Shown: positions 14,766 through 27,419 of the stretch, piece after piece
Position numbering within the stretch: position 1 is the stretch's first letter
Layout: each line of letters starts with the position of its first letter
From: Octopus sinensis
Lineage: Eukaryota
Assembly: GCF_006345805.1 (NCBI RefSeq)
Contig: NC_043004.1
Location: forward strand, 86,428,001 to 86,492,000
Length of the DNA: 64,000 bases
Direction of reading: 5' to 3'
Position numbers and translations under genes: made by a program
Notes under the pieces: generated by a model
Told to the model about the DNA's origin: nothing
Databases searched by the model: none
What the model saw: only the letters and a program-made list of their open reading frames with translations

Positions 14766-15732
14766 CAACAAATTCACATGTGGTCCCTAATCACATGCAC
14801 ACACACTTTGGAATAGTGTGATCTTGCTGTCGAGTGTTGGCCATTGCAGAAACCAAGTTACCAACAATTATCAGAGCAGATGTAACCCAGATTTGAAGCG
14901 GGTTCTAAAGACCTCCTTCAATTAAAACTAAGGGATGCCTCACTCATAGTGGCCTTCCAGCACACCAGACACCAACCCAGAATTTCTGAGGGCTCATGTT
15001 GTTGTTAGATAGTCATTGAACCTACGCTAGGTTCATCTGTCTTTCACTAAAATCCCAAAAAGTTTTCTGTAGTGAACCAGCTTGTCAAGCAATTAATACT
15101 TAAGTAGTACATGAGCCTTCATGCAACAACACACAGTCTTTCATATTCTGCTTTATATATTATAGAGCACATATCTAGTAAAAGACTTCTTTGTTTTATC
15201 TGGTGATGAATTTTGTTTATTTTGGCTTTCTTTTCTATAAAGCATATAGCTGATAACACATGACTTAAATCTACCACTCAAGATGCATAATGATTAAAGA
15301 TGTAGAGATTTGCTTAAATATCATTCATAAGTACAAGTTCTGTAATTTGTTGGAATAGTGTTACATCTCTCAGCAAGATATTTACTTACGTAAGTGGAAA
15401 ATAGATAATCTAAGATAAATTTATTCCAGTTGAAATACAGATTTTTTAAAGCCTTTTCTGTAAAACTTACAACTGATACAAATGCATGCTGTTGTTATGT
15501 ATGTTGATGAAAATGTGTGAAGAAAATAACAAACGTGCTGTATTTCATTATCATTATTTTCATGTCCACTTTTCCATGTTTCCCTGAGTCAGATGGAATT
15601 TGTTGATATTTTCTATGGCTGGATGCTTTTTGTCATCAACTCTCACCTACTTCTAAGCAAAGAAATATTTTTACAGAAGATTGGAAACAAAAGACTTTGT
15701 TTTTACAATGTTAATGCTAGTTTGCAACTATT

Positions 15733-15940
15733 CTTTTCTACTCTAGGCACAAGGCCCGAAAGTTTTGGGGAGTGGGGCCAGTTGATTAGATCGACCCTAG
15801 TATGCATGACCCCGACAGGATGAAAGGCAAGTCGCCCTCAGTAGAATTGGAACTCAGAATGTAAAGACAGACGAAATACTGCTAAGCATTTTGCCCAGCA
15901 TGCTAACGTTTCTGTCAGCTCACTGCCTTATTAGTTTACA
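15733..15940 (-). mobile_element. tRNA-headed SINE (family C)
   Basis: Reverse complement of aaggcggcgagctggcagaaacgttagca...ttctgagttcaaattcc...gccttgtgcctagag. Confidence 0.85.
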
Positions 15941-15989
15941 ACTATTGTGTGATGGTTATAGAGACAGAAAAACACACACACACACACCG

Positions 15990-16400
15990 ATATCATCATC
16001 ATCATTTAACGTCCACTTTCCATGCTAGCATGGGTTGGATGATTTGACTGAGGACTGGCGAACCAGATGACTGCACAAGGCTCCAATCTGATCTCTGATC
16101 TAGCATAGTTTCTACAGCTGGATGCCCTTCCTAACGCCAACCACTCTAAGAGTGTAGCAGGTGCTTTTATGTGCCACTGGCATGAGGGCTAGTCAAGCGG
16201 TACTGGCATGAGGGCCAGTCAAGCGGTACTGGCAACGGCCATGCTCAAATTGATGTGTCAGTAAGGTGACGCTGGTAACAATCATGCTTGAATGGTGCTT
16301 TTTACATGCCACTGTCACAGAAGCCAGTTAGTTGCTCTGGCAACGATCACGCTCGGATGGAGCTCTTAGCACTCCACTAGCACAGATGCCAGTCATCGAA
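15990..16400 (-). mobile_element. Family B RTE-tailed repeat
   Basis: Same tail and core as the copy at 14257. Confidence 0.85.
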
Positions 16401-17089
16401 TTAGATTCAATATATGTGTGCATAATCCAAATAAGTCAAAGAAAGAGTTTAACCCATTTTTAATGACCAGTTACAGTTGTTTCTGTACCACTCGCTTTTT
16501 AAACATTCGATCTTACTTGAGACTACAGTTCAAGAGTGAAGATAGACTCAAGCTTGGGTTGAGTGTTGCATTGGAAATACCCCTTCATTCTACCCTTCCA
16601 GGACCTTAATATACGTCAATATATATACACATACACACATATACCAAAGCCTTGTGAGTGGATTTAGTAGATGGAAACTGAAAGAAGCCCGTCATGTATA
16701 TATGTGTGTGTGTCTTTGTGTCTGTGTTTGTCCCCTCATCACCTCTTGACACCTAGTGTTGGTATGTTTATGTCCCTGTAACTTAGTGGTTCAGCAAAAG
16801 AGAATAATAGAATAAGTGCTAGGCTTTCAAAAAATAAGTCCTGGGGTTGATTTGTTTGACTAAAATCCTTCAAGGTGGTGCTTCAGCATGGCCACAGTCA
16901 AATGAATGAAAGAAGTAAAAGAATAAAAGCTTACATATAGACAGGAAAATAGATTGGCTAAGCTAAGCCATCCAGTATACTTTGACTCTGACGAGGATAG
17001 CGTTAGTTCTTTAGGGTCATTCAGTTTTTCTCAACCAGTCAGTGGATCGATTGAGTAAACCAGTTTTATATATATATATACTTGCTTGC

Positions 17090-17440
17090 TTCATGCTCTT
17101 GATCTTGGAGCTGGGGGTCAGTCATCCCAGAGGCATCATTGTATGAAGAGCCAACCAAGTCCACCATTGCTGGTGGCCCTGTACCAGCCCCTCTGCATCC
17201 TCCAAGACAACATCAAGCCTCTGGAGATCTTCCTTAATCACATCCAGCCATCTAGTGTGGGGCCTGCCACAGGAGCCCCTTCCAGCCCACACCCATTCTG
17301 TTGAATGAAAGTGAGGCCCTGGTAGAATGATCTGGCTGGAGGTAGGGGACATATCCGTACCAGTACATGCAGCAGATCGTATGAGGTGGGAGGCTGCAAC
17401 ATAATACGTGCACTTTTTTGTTGGAAATTAATGGTACCAT
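17090..17440 (-). mobile_element. RTE LINE ORF2 C-terminal remnant
   Basis: Translates to ...GRGSCGRPHTRWLDVIKEDLQRL..., the RTE GRP-x-RW-x-D-xx-KEDL signature; frameshifted. Confidence 0.75.
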
Positions 17441-18177
17441 CTGATGTTCTCATTGGTTCTCATGTTCTGCTATATAAATATATATACATCAGCAGCAGCA
17501 TCCCTTAATGTCTGTTTTCCCTGGTGGCATAGGTTGGACTATCAAGGTTTTTACGATATGAAATGTGGAATACACATATACACAAGCATATATATGGATG
17601 CATATCTATATATATATATATACACACACACATATGTATATATGACCAGCTTCTGTCAGTTTCTATTATATCCACTCTCAAGGCTTTGATCAGTGCAGTG
17701 CTGTAATTAGAAGACACTTGTGCAAAATGTTGTGTGGTTTGGTTGGCACATATCCCAAAATTATATCGTTGAAAAGTGAACTTCTTAACTACACAAAATT
17801 CCAAACTAATTACATTTTCTAATACACATTGTGTTGTATATAACATATTTGTTTTTTTATATGTGCCCCTGCACAAATTCTGTCCCTAATGAATCTCTTC
17901 CCAATAATTCATCTTTCTAACATCCATCCTGCTTACAACTCCTTAATGCCCACCCATTGCATTCCTTCACTTGTTTAATCTCTATCCAGCTGCCACTCTC
18001 CTTTCATATTTTCGTAAACTTACCCGCTCACCCTGTTCAGTCTTCTGTACCACTTATATTCACTTCCCTGTTACTTGAGGGTACACAGTGACACATCTTC
18101 ACTGCCATCTCTCTCTCTCTCTCTCTTTCTTTCCAACTGGGATAGCCATGTATCTCCTCTCCAGCAAGACACCTGTC

Positions 18178-18620
18178 AGGGAACGTTTTTTTAACCAAAT
18201 ACCCCAACATTACCCCCTTGATTTGAAAGGGAAAATGTCATAGATTCTTTGAATTCAGAATGTTTATTGAATCTATTTATATGGAGAATACAATTATAAA
18301 TATAAAGAGTATAAAACAAATGCAATAAAATAAATTAATATCCTCATTAAGAAACAAAAGGATTTTTCTAGAAACTTTTTCACTTCAGGTTTTGGAGAAA
18401 TGATGTTGTTTCATTTTTATTACAATTATGTAAAAATTGGGACATTTTGATGCCAGAGCAATTTGGATACAGTCTTTGGGGTCCAATCGATTTCTCTGCT
18501 TTGTTTTTATGTTCATTAGAATAGAGAATCTTTGTTTGCTAAAGTAGGTTGTTGCAAAAGTCAGCAACTCTTTGACTGCCTCTTCAGGCCAGAAGAAAAA
18601 TTTCCATCGTAACAAGGAAC
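18178..18620 (-). mobile_element. hAT (Buster/Charlie-type) transposase C-terminal remnant with terminal region
   Basis: LLTFATTYFSKQRFSILMNIKTKQRNRL matches the hAT dimerization motif (LLPFATTYLCExGFS...KTKxRNRL); TIR-like cagggaacgtttttttaacc at the low end. Confidence 0.8.
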
Positions 18621-20404
18621 ATGGCTTTTTAATATAATTTCACTTATGTCTAATGAGTCCTCATTACCCCCAAGAATTTCATTTTAACCCCATTTCACCA
18701 ACCCCTGCTCTATCATTTGTAAACCTCTCATCCCCTGGCACAAAGCCATCTCCCGCAATACTACTGCCCTGTTTGTCAGTTGAGTGGGGTCTCACAAGCT
18801 ACTTTGTGATCTCACTTGAGCCACTTCCACATGAAAAGCACCTCATACAACATTCTGTAAAGTTGTTGGCATTAGGAAAGATATCCAGTCATAGAAACCA
18901 TGCCAAACCCACTTTGGAGTTTGGTGCAAGTCCTCTGGCTCGCCACAACTCCCATCAAACCATCCAACCCATTACAGCATGGAAAACAGACATTAAATTA
19001 TGATGATGATGAATACTTTAAAGTGATCAGTTCCATCTCAAAGAATTAGAGATTAGAACTGAAAGGGTTAACTCTGAAATAATCTCCTATTTCTGATTTC
19101 AATAGCATCACTAAATTAGGACTTGCTTTGAAAATTTTTGTTTATTGTTTGAATTTGTTGAAATACCTCTTTTTTATAAAACCCACTTAAACTGCATTAC
19201 ACTCTTCATTACACTCTTGTCATTTAAATATTTAAAAAAAACAGCTTTACGATACTTCCTGATAGAATATTCTTCAGTCTTAGTTAATCACCCCCAACAC
19301 ATCCCACTGACCACTTTGCATTATTTCTCTCAGCTCACTTTTGTTTCATTTATGCAAATTACCGAGCCTTTTGTTTTTTACATATCTGAATCCCCCATCT
19401 GCTGCAGATAAGATTGAGCAAGTGTTCCATGCTGATTAACCTAATTAGGCAAAATTGCATCGCCACAACTGTCCTCTTCTTTCCAGGATATCAGACTTTT
19501 GTTTTTGTTTTTTTTATTAATAGCATGTCAGTTTTGGAGAATTTTTGTTTCTCTTTCCTTCTCATTTGGGTTTGGTCCTAGTTGCAAACAAGTAATTATT
19601 CTATCTCTTGAAGCAGAGATAATCTCATTAATTTATCTTATACGGTATTTTAAATACTCATATTCTTGTGAGTGTCTAAGAAAATACGTTATTTTAAAAA
19701 TAATTTACTTTATATCTCTTGAAGTGTCTAAATTCTTATAACATAAATATATATGTTATTATTTAAAAAATTTTTTTTGATTTCATTATATAATGTTTTA
19801 TACATTAACAATGCTCAATATGTTCAGATTTGTACATATTAGACGGCAGCTGTGCTGGGGTATCACCTTGAATTTTTAGTCAAATGAATCAACTCCAGTA
19901 CTCATTCTATTGGTTCCTTTGACCAAACTGCTAAGTTACAGGACATAAATACACCAACATAGGTTATCATGCAGTGATGGAAGACTCACATCAACCAGTT
20001 TCCATCTATCAAATGTACTCACAAAGTTTTGGTCAGCCCAAGGCTGTAGTAGAAGACACTTGCTCAATGTGCCATTCAATGGGACTGAACTCAATACACA
20101 CACACACACACACACACGCAAAATAGCTTTATTGCATTTAAAACAGTGGTTCCTCTCTGATCCCCAGAGTTACACAATATTGAGCCTGTGGATATCTGCT
20201 TAGAAAATGAAGGCATTGTGAGCACATCCTTTAGTTTCAGGTGCAGATGTGACTTAGAAGTTAAATTTGTTTCACAACCACCATGGTCCTAGGTTCAGTT
20301 ACACTGCACAATACATTGGGCAAATGTCTTCTACTATTGCCTTAGCCTGACTGGTACCTTGTGAATAAAACTGGTAATTAGAAAATGCTTACAAGCCTGT
20401 TGTG

Positions 20405-20457
<53 letters not shown>

Positions 20458-20515
20458 ATCATGATAGGTCGTTAGCCACTACACACATTTTTTTCTCCTT
20501 GTTTTTTCTGTGTCC

Positions 20516-20551
20516 CTTTCTGTAGAAGAGCGTAGGCTCGAAACCTAAAAG
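20516..20551 (+). ncRNA. Minimal type-I hammerhead-ribozyme-like motif in a PLE terminal repeat (solo copy ~20480-20640)
   Basis: cttt-CTGTAGA-a-GAGC gtag GCTC-GAA-ACCT-A-aaag: stem I cttt/aaag, perfect 4-bp stem II, GAAA; position 6 is U and stem III has a G>C change. Confidence 0.55.
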
Positions 20552-20946
20552 ACTTTTTCTATTCCTTAGCGTTATACTAATACATCTGTTTGTTTTGTAC
20601 ACCACCTGTCTTCGTCTTTTGTTTTTTTCGTAAACTCTCCCTATATATATATATATATGCAAGTACTGAAGAACGACCTCAAGGAGCTGAACCTTTTAAG
20701 TGAGATGACAAAGGACTGAGATACATGGTGCCTTGCTATACTCAAGAAGACCCATGCGGCACCACATAGAAGCACCTGTGCAGTGCCACATGAAAATGCA
20801 CATGCAGCACCAAGTAAGGCACGCATAAAAGCTCCCAGCACACTCTGTAAAGTGGTTGGTGCTAGGGAGGGCATCCACCTATAGAAACCCTGTCAAACCA
20901 TCCAACCCATACCAGCATGGACATTTAAATGATGATGATATATATA

Positions 20947-21318
20947 TTCTCTTTTACTTGCTTCAGTCATTTGACTGAGGCCATGCTGGAGCACCACCTT
21001 TAGTCGAGCAAATCGACCCCAGGACTTATTCTTTGTAAGCCTAGTACTTATTCTATCAGTCTCTTTTGCTGAACCACTAAGTTACGAGGACGTAAACACA
21101 CCAGCATTGGTTGTCAAGCGATGTTGGGGGGACAAACATGTACACACACATACATTTACGACAGGCTTTTTTCAATTTCCGTCTACCAAATCCACTCAGA
21201 AGGCTTTGGTCGGCTAAAGGCTATAGTAGAAGACACTTGCCCAAGGTGCCACACAGTGGGACTAAACCCAGAACCATGTGGTTCATAAGCAAGCTACTCA
21301 CCACACAGCCACTCCTAC
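20947..21318 (-). mobile_element. Family A SINE, near full length
   Basis: Complete head-to-tail match to the family consensus in reverse. Confidence 0.9.
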
Positions 21319-21358
<40 letters not shown>

Positions 21359-21709
21359 ATTAAAGTTGTCATTTGTGCTTTGTGTATGAGATGGTTTGAG
21401 TGAAAAATAGTGTTGTCAGCTGTTTACATTCCCATAGTTCTGCACCCTTGACGTAGTGGAATAAAAACAAAACACTCCCTCACTGAGCAAGCTCTTAAGA
21501 TTAAAGGCACTCTAGTTTTAACTATCCGCTCTTTTCACATATACTAATACTATCGCATTTAATGTGCCCTTCCCTTTTTTTAGGCGCTTAGATGTGATTT
21601 GAATGCGGTTTAGTTCCTGTTTCTAACAGGTTGAGCCACTAGAGACATACATACACAAACACATATAAATATGTATATGCCTGCCTATATATATATATAT
21701 ATATATATA

Positions 21710-22020
21710 GGCACAGGTTCAGTCACACTGTGGCACCCTGGGTCAGTGTCTTCTACTATGGCCTCGGGCCAACAAAAGCCTTGTAAGTAGATTTGGTAGG
21801 CAGAAACTGAAAGAAGTCTGTCGTGTGTATGTGTGTCTACCACCACTGCTTAACAACTGACATTGGTGTGTTTACATCCCCATAACTTAGTAATTCAGCA
21901 AAAAATGGCCGACAAAATAAGTCCTGGGGTTGGTCTGTTCGTCTAAAAGAAACCTTACAAGGCAGTGCTCCAGCATGGCTGCAGTCAAATGACTGAGACA
22001 AGGAAAATAATAAAAGAATA
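21710..22020 (+). mobile_element. Family A SINE, inverted relative to the 20947 copy
   Basis: ggttcagtcacactgtggcacc...ccagcatggctgcagtcaaatgactgagacaag. Confidence 0.85.
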
Positions 22021-22559
22021 GGTGTGTGTGTGTGCATATACATGTAAACTTACTTGTGGAACTATGAGTGTGTGTGTATATGTATATGTGCTTGAATGCT
22101 TGTGTATCATCATCATCATCATCATCCGCTTTCCATGCTAGCATGGGTTGGACGATTTTGACTGAGGGCTGGTGAACCAGGTGGCTGCACCAGGCTCCAA
22201 TCTTGATTTGGCAGAGTTTCTACAGCTGGATGCCCTTCCCAACGCCAACCACTCCGAGAGTGTAGTAGGTGCTTTTTATGTGCCACCTGCACAGGGGCCA
22301 GTTAGGTGGTACTGGCAACAACCTCGCTTGAATCCTTTTACACATGCCACCAGCACAGGTGCCAGTAAGGCGATGTATGTATATGTCATTTCCCTGAATT
22401 TAGCAGGCATATGAACAAAGGCTTTCAAACCATGAACATCTCTTCTCTAAATCAGAGCATCACATGAGGTAACTTTGGATGCTAATTCTAGTTCATTGTA
22501 CAACCATACAGGGAAGTGAGTGATTTCCAACTAAGATAGCATGAGTTTTTAACTTTTAA

Positions 22560-23111
22560 CTCTTTAGTATTCAGATTACTCTGTCAAATATAACACTTAT
22601 TTATTCACACAGTTTTCAATTTATCATGCATTATCTTGTAATTTTCAGATTTCAACAATGGTACTGCTTATTTTCAAAATGATACTGAAGGGTAGGTGTG
22701 AGAGGTCAGATCTGGCTGGTTTGCAGGGATAAAACAGGGAGACTATTGATGCCTGATATGATTGATTTAAATCAGGGGTTCTCAACCATTTTTTTATCTA
22801 TGGACCCCTTTTGGTTACTATATTATTCTGGTGGACCCCCCATAGTCATTCAATATTTAAAAATTAGTCTTATATAAACTTCTTTCAAAATTCCTGTTTT
22901 AATTTTCACACATTAACTTGTATAGGTTGAACTATGTAAAATGTTAGAGAAAGAAATTTGGCTGTTTCTTACACATCTAAAGAAAACAATTTTTAGGGGT
23001 CTTTAAAATACCATTGTAGGGCCCCAATTTAATATTTTATTGCGTCGACCCCACCACAAAATCTTTTACAGACCCCAGTTGAGGCCCACTAGTTCAAATA
23101 ATGCTAAAGGG
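22560..23111. mobile_element. piggyBac-like MITE interrupted by a hAT MITE (22773-23091)
   Basis: Outer element ttaa-ctctttagtattcag ... atgctaaaggg. Inner element caggggttctcaacc ... gttgaggcccacta, with 8-bp TSD atttaaat/gttcaaat (6/8). Confidence 0.7.
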
Positions 23112-24049
23112 CTAGTATCCCATTTGGTACTGTTTATCAATAAGTGTATCACATATCTTATGCTGTACATGACTAAATCGCAGAAATGTTAGAAGCTGCT
23201 GGCCTTGAGATTGCTTTGCTAATAAAAAAAATATAATAATTTGATCCCATTATGGGAGGTCGAGAGAATCATTCAAACTTCATACATTTTACACATGTGA
23301 ATGGATGGTGTTAATGTAAGTGTTATTAGATACTATTTCACTGTATAAACCAGAAAATAATACTTAGTCTTGCTACTTAAATGGTTTATGAAACCTGGAC
23401 TCTATATATTCTCTCGGAAGTCTTAGATATATTGTTATTGAATGAAGCATATTTTCTGTCTGTGTGGATTGTGTATATGTAAATACGCAACCACACACAA
23501 TGTGTGTGTGTGCAAAATCAAATACACTCCAGTGCAATGGATTGGATGGTTTGACAGGGCCCAGCAAGCTGGAGGACTGCATCAAGCTTCAATGTTAGCT
23601 TGGCCTTGTGTGTGTGTGTTCATGTTCATGCATATATGCAACCCATGCCAGCATGGAAAATGGACATTAAAGGATGATAATGATGATATATGTTGTTTTG
23701 TTCTTACTGCCCTGTTCTTGTTACCACTTTTACCCCTCCACAAAAATCCCAAATTTTATTTAATTTGCTTTGCGGGAAGGACTGTTTCAACAAGGTCGCG
23801 TCTTGTCCTTACCTTCGAAATGCAGAGTAGACAAAACACGGACAACTGAAGAAGGGGAATATTCTTTGTGTTGTACGTCTTGTACTCTGTTCTTTTGTTG
23901 TTTGAAAAATAGTTCATTTCCATGTTTTCGTTTCTCATTTTGTTCAACGTTTTTTTTGGTGTCTTGTACTCATATATGCATGTATATATACATATAGATG
24001 TAGGTAGGTACATATATGTATGTATATGTGTTTATATTTATATATTATT

Positions 24050-24081
<32 letters not shown>

Positions 24082-24536
24082 TGTGTATATATATAATTGG
24101 TAATGAAGAAGAGAGAGATTTATTTCCATCCCCAAATTTTTTATTAAAAAGGTTTCTACAGCATATATAACACTGACCTACATATGTTTCGACTGCCATT
24201 ATGCATCTTAGTCACTGCATTTTCATTGGTCCATCACTCATGACAGCAATGTGCAGTCACTGCGGTCAAAATACATGTAGTTGGGTGCTATATATATTGC
24301 AGAAAACGTTTTGGATGTGAATAAATCTCCACTCTCCTCTTCGTTATCAATTACATACTCCAAAAAATATTTGCAGTTATGAATAGGAACCTGGAACTAC
24401 CCAACACGGAACTACCAGTACTAGCATCTCTTTTAAGCTTGAGTGCTATGTAATTGGACCATTGTGAATAGCCGGCAGCTATACCATTTTGTGAGATAAT
24501 ACCGTATCTGCCACGATAGTTTTCCCTTTTAATACC

Positions 24537-24567
<31 letters not shown>

Positions 24568-24577
24568 CATACACACA

Positions 24578-24813
24578 CAGGGTGGCCCAAAAGTAGGTTT
24601 ACAGTTATCATGTAGGCACTTTAAATTTCTTTTAAAACATTTTATTACATTTAAATTTCTATCTTACAAACTGAAAAGGGAGCTTGACAAAATTAACTAA
24701 AATTACCATAGAATAATGGTTTCATATTTTGTTATAATTAAGATCTAAAGTGTTTATATATGAATGCAAAAGAGATAGTTGAATAACTGTAAGCCTACTT
24801 TTGGACCACCCTG
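24578..24813. mobile_element. Tc1/mariner-class MITE (236 bp)
   Basis: TIRs cagggtggcccaaaagtaggtttacagtt / aactgtaagcctacttttggaccaccctg; TA on the right flank. Confidence 0.85.
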
Positions 24814-24960
24814 TATATATAGACATAAAACAAATTAATGAGCAATACATATATGTGTATATATGTATTTATATATACACACACATAAATTCTTTTCAAT
24901 TGGTAGAACTAATACACTTGCTTGTTGCTCCTACACCTGTCATTGTCTTTGAACTATATA

Positions 24961-25087
24961 TATATTAAGGGCATTACTATACATAAATACCTCACACTAG
25001 GAGGGACTCTTACAGTCAAAACTACTATAGGACTGTAAGAGTCCCTCCTAGCGTGAGGCATTTATGTATAGTAAAGCCCTTAATATA
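24961..25087. repeat. Near-perfect 57-bp inverted repeat with 13-nt loop
   Basis: Arms 24961-25017 and 25031-25087 differ at 3 positions. Confidence 0.95.
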
Positions 25088-25188
25088 AAAAAATATATTT
25101 AAGAGGAATAATTGATGGATTTTTCCCATATGAGATTTTTCACGCTAACTACTTTATAAATTCTTATAAAGATTTTATCCTATTTTTC

Positions 25189-25223
<35 letters not shown>

Positions 25224-26874
25224 CATGCACACACACATAATGTGTCTTTGGTGGTTCTGAAATTCACTTTGCAACCACATGATTTCAGGTTCAGTCCCAC
25301 TGTGTGGCACATTGGGCTAATGTCATCTGCTTTATCTCCAGGCCAACCAATGCCTTGGAGTTTATTTTATAGGTGTAAGGAAGCTAGCTGAGTGAGGAAG
25401 AGAGAAACATAGCATAAATATTAACCTAGTGTGTCATCATTTGGAACCATCTAAGCAAAAACCATTGTTTAATTCAGTGAACAAATACTCTGCACTTCGG
25501 GCATATAACAACTAATACTCTACAACTAAAGGTTGGCACTTGGAAGAGCATCTGACTATGTCTTGTGTACAGTCCTTGTAGTATTATACTTTCAAAGTCT
25601 AGTGGAATAAAAATCTCCTACTTAAATAGCTAATACCAGTTGACAACATATGGTTGGTAAGCAAGCTACTTGCCACACAGCTGCTCCTATGCCTTTTTTC
25701 TTTTACTTTTTTGTATTGCCCCCTCTCCCTTTAAGTAGTTGTTATGCCTCGTGCCCACCTAAGTAGATAGTGAGGTATCAACAACTAACATGGATAATAA
25801 TTTATAAATTTTACTCTAAAAATGAAAAAAAATTTAATAGAGACAAAAATTGTAAATTATTTTATGCATTGCTAATTAATGACTTCTCTGTGCCTGATGA
25901 GATCTCATTTTATTTTAATAACCATTACTGGTTTTATCATGCACAGTGCAATTGTGTTACCTCAATGTCCCCCATTGACATGCCCCCCCCCCCCGGGGGG
26001 AGGTACCAGCTGCATTAAGAACAAAACCAACCTGGGACTAAACAAACGACATTTACCTAACTTGTCTTCTAATATTGCTGTTATTTGTAATTTGGCAACT
26101 CTTGTATACAATACAATAGGTATACCAGCAATAATTATGGTATAATATCATACATTATGTATGACTGCATATTTATAATATAAAATATCAATAAAAGATG
26201 TATAGTTGGGACAACCAAACTATTGTGATTGTGACCTAGATGCTTAAATTTATTTGATACCAAAATTATATATTTATATATATTTATTCTTTTATTTTTT
26301 TACTTGTTTTAGTCATTTGACTGGAGTACCATCTTTAGTCAAGCAAATCAACCCCAGGACTTATTCTTTGTAAGCCTAGAACTTATTCTAAGTTATGGGG
26401 ACATAAAGACACCAGCATCAGTTGTCAGGCAATGGTAAGGGGGACAAACACACACACAAAAATATACATACACACATATATACGACGGGTTTCTTTCAGT
26501 TTCAATCTACCAAATCCACTCACAAGGCTTTGGTCAGCCTGAGGCTATAGCAGAAGACACTTGCCCAAGGTGCCATGCAGTGAGACTCAAGGTCTGAGGT
26601 GCGACCGCGAAAAACTCTCACCCTTTGAGTGACTCTGTTGCTTCTGCTAAATATTAATATAAATATACATATACTCATATTTTGAGTTCTATGTTTCGTG
26701 TTTCCACCAAAATACCTATATATGTGTACACATACATGTGTGTGTGTGTGTATATATATATAGATATATGTGTGTATATTTATTTATATATATACACACA
26801 CACACATACTCATGTATGTATATATATATGGTGGTTGTCTACTCTTCATGCAGAGTTTGGCCACCTCATGTACC

Positions 26875-27330
26875 TACACCTTAGAACCATTATGGCATCT
26901 GATGTGGCTTTTTAAACCAGGCAATGTTTTGAAAAGACATCTGCATAGATTGCATATCCATTTGGACCACCAAGATCTGCAGATAAGTTCTGATATTTGT
27001 TGATCTTAAAATGTCTTTTGAGGCCTGTTAGATTTGCAAACCTTCTGGCATACATTGCATTGAAAGGTGTGCACAGACATATAGGCAGAATAGCTGGTGG
27101 AGGTTCATTTTCCATGGGTTCGCTAACGAGATTTGAGCCCAGCAAAAGAAAGGCATGGTCTGTCACAAACTGTGCACACAAAAAGGTCATAGTGATTCAC
27201 CTTCTTGATCGTAACATTCTTCTTTAAATCTCTGTTGAGTCTTGCATGCATTATCCTGGCCTCTTCAAATGCTTTCACTCCACTCCACACTTTTGTTCGC
27301 CTTCATACGAAATTCATTGCCTCACTTGCA
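26875..27330 (-). mobile_element. RTE-clade LINE ORF2 C-terminus with three decayed C2H2 zinc fingers
   Basis: VWSGVKAFEEAR..., FVCTVCDRPCLSFAGLKSR*RTH, FQCNVCQKVCKS/(frameshift)GLKRHFKI, ICNLCRCLFKTLPGLKSHIRCH. Confidence 0.75.
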
Positions 27331-27370
27331 GTGTGATGCATTAATTAATTGCTGTGATGAACAAATCCCT

Positions 27371-27419
27371 CTAGATACAATATAGCTGTTATCAGTGATA
27401 ACAGCTATATCGTATCTAG
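27371..27419. repeat. 24-bp-arm palindrome with 1-nt spacer, abutting a 37-bp inverted copy of LINE sequence
   Basis: ctagatacaatatagctgttatca-g-tgataacagctatatcgtatctag (1 mismatch); 27418-27454 is the exact reverse complement of 27237-27273. Confidence 0.95.

Noticed and set aside
24180-24540. Gypsy-like (KGKTIVADTVLS) or hAT-like (LTAVTAH..W) peptide fragments
   Set aside because: Too short and interrupted to assign.
25893-25905. CTGATGAG hammerhead core
   Set aside because: No downstream GAAA or supporting stems.
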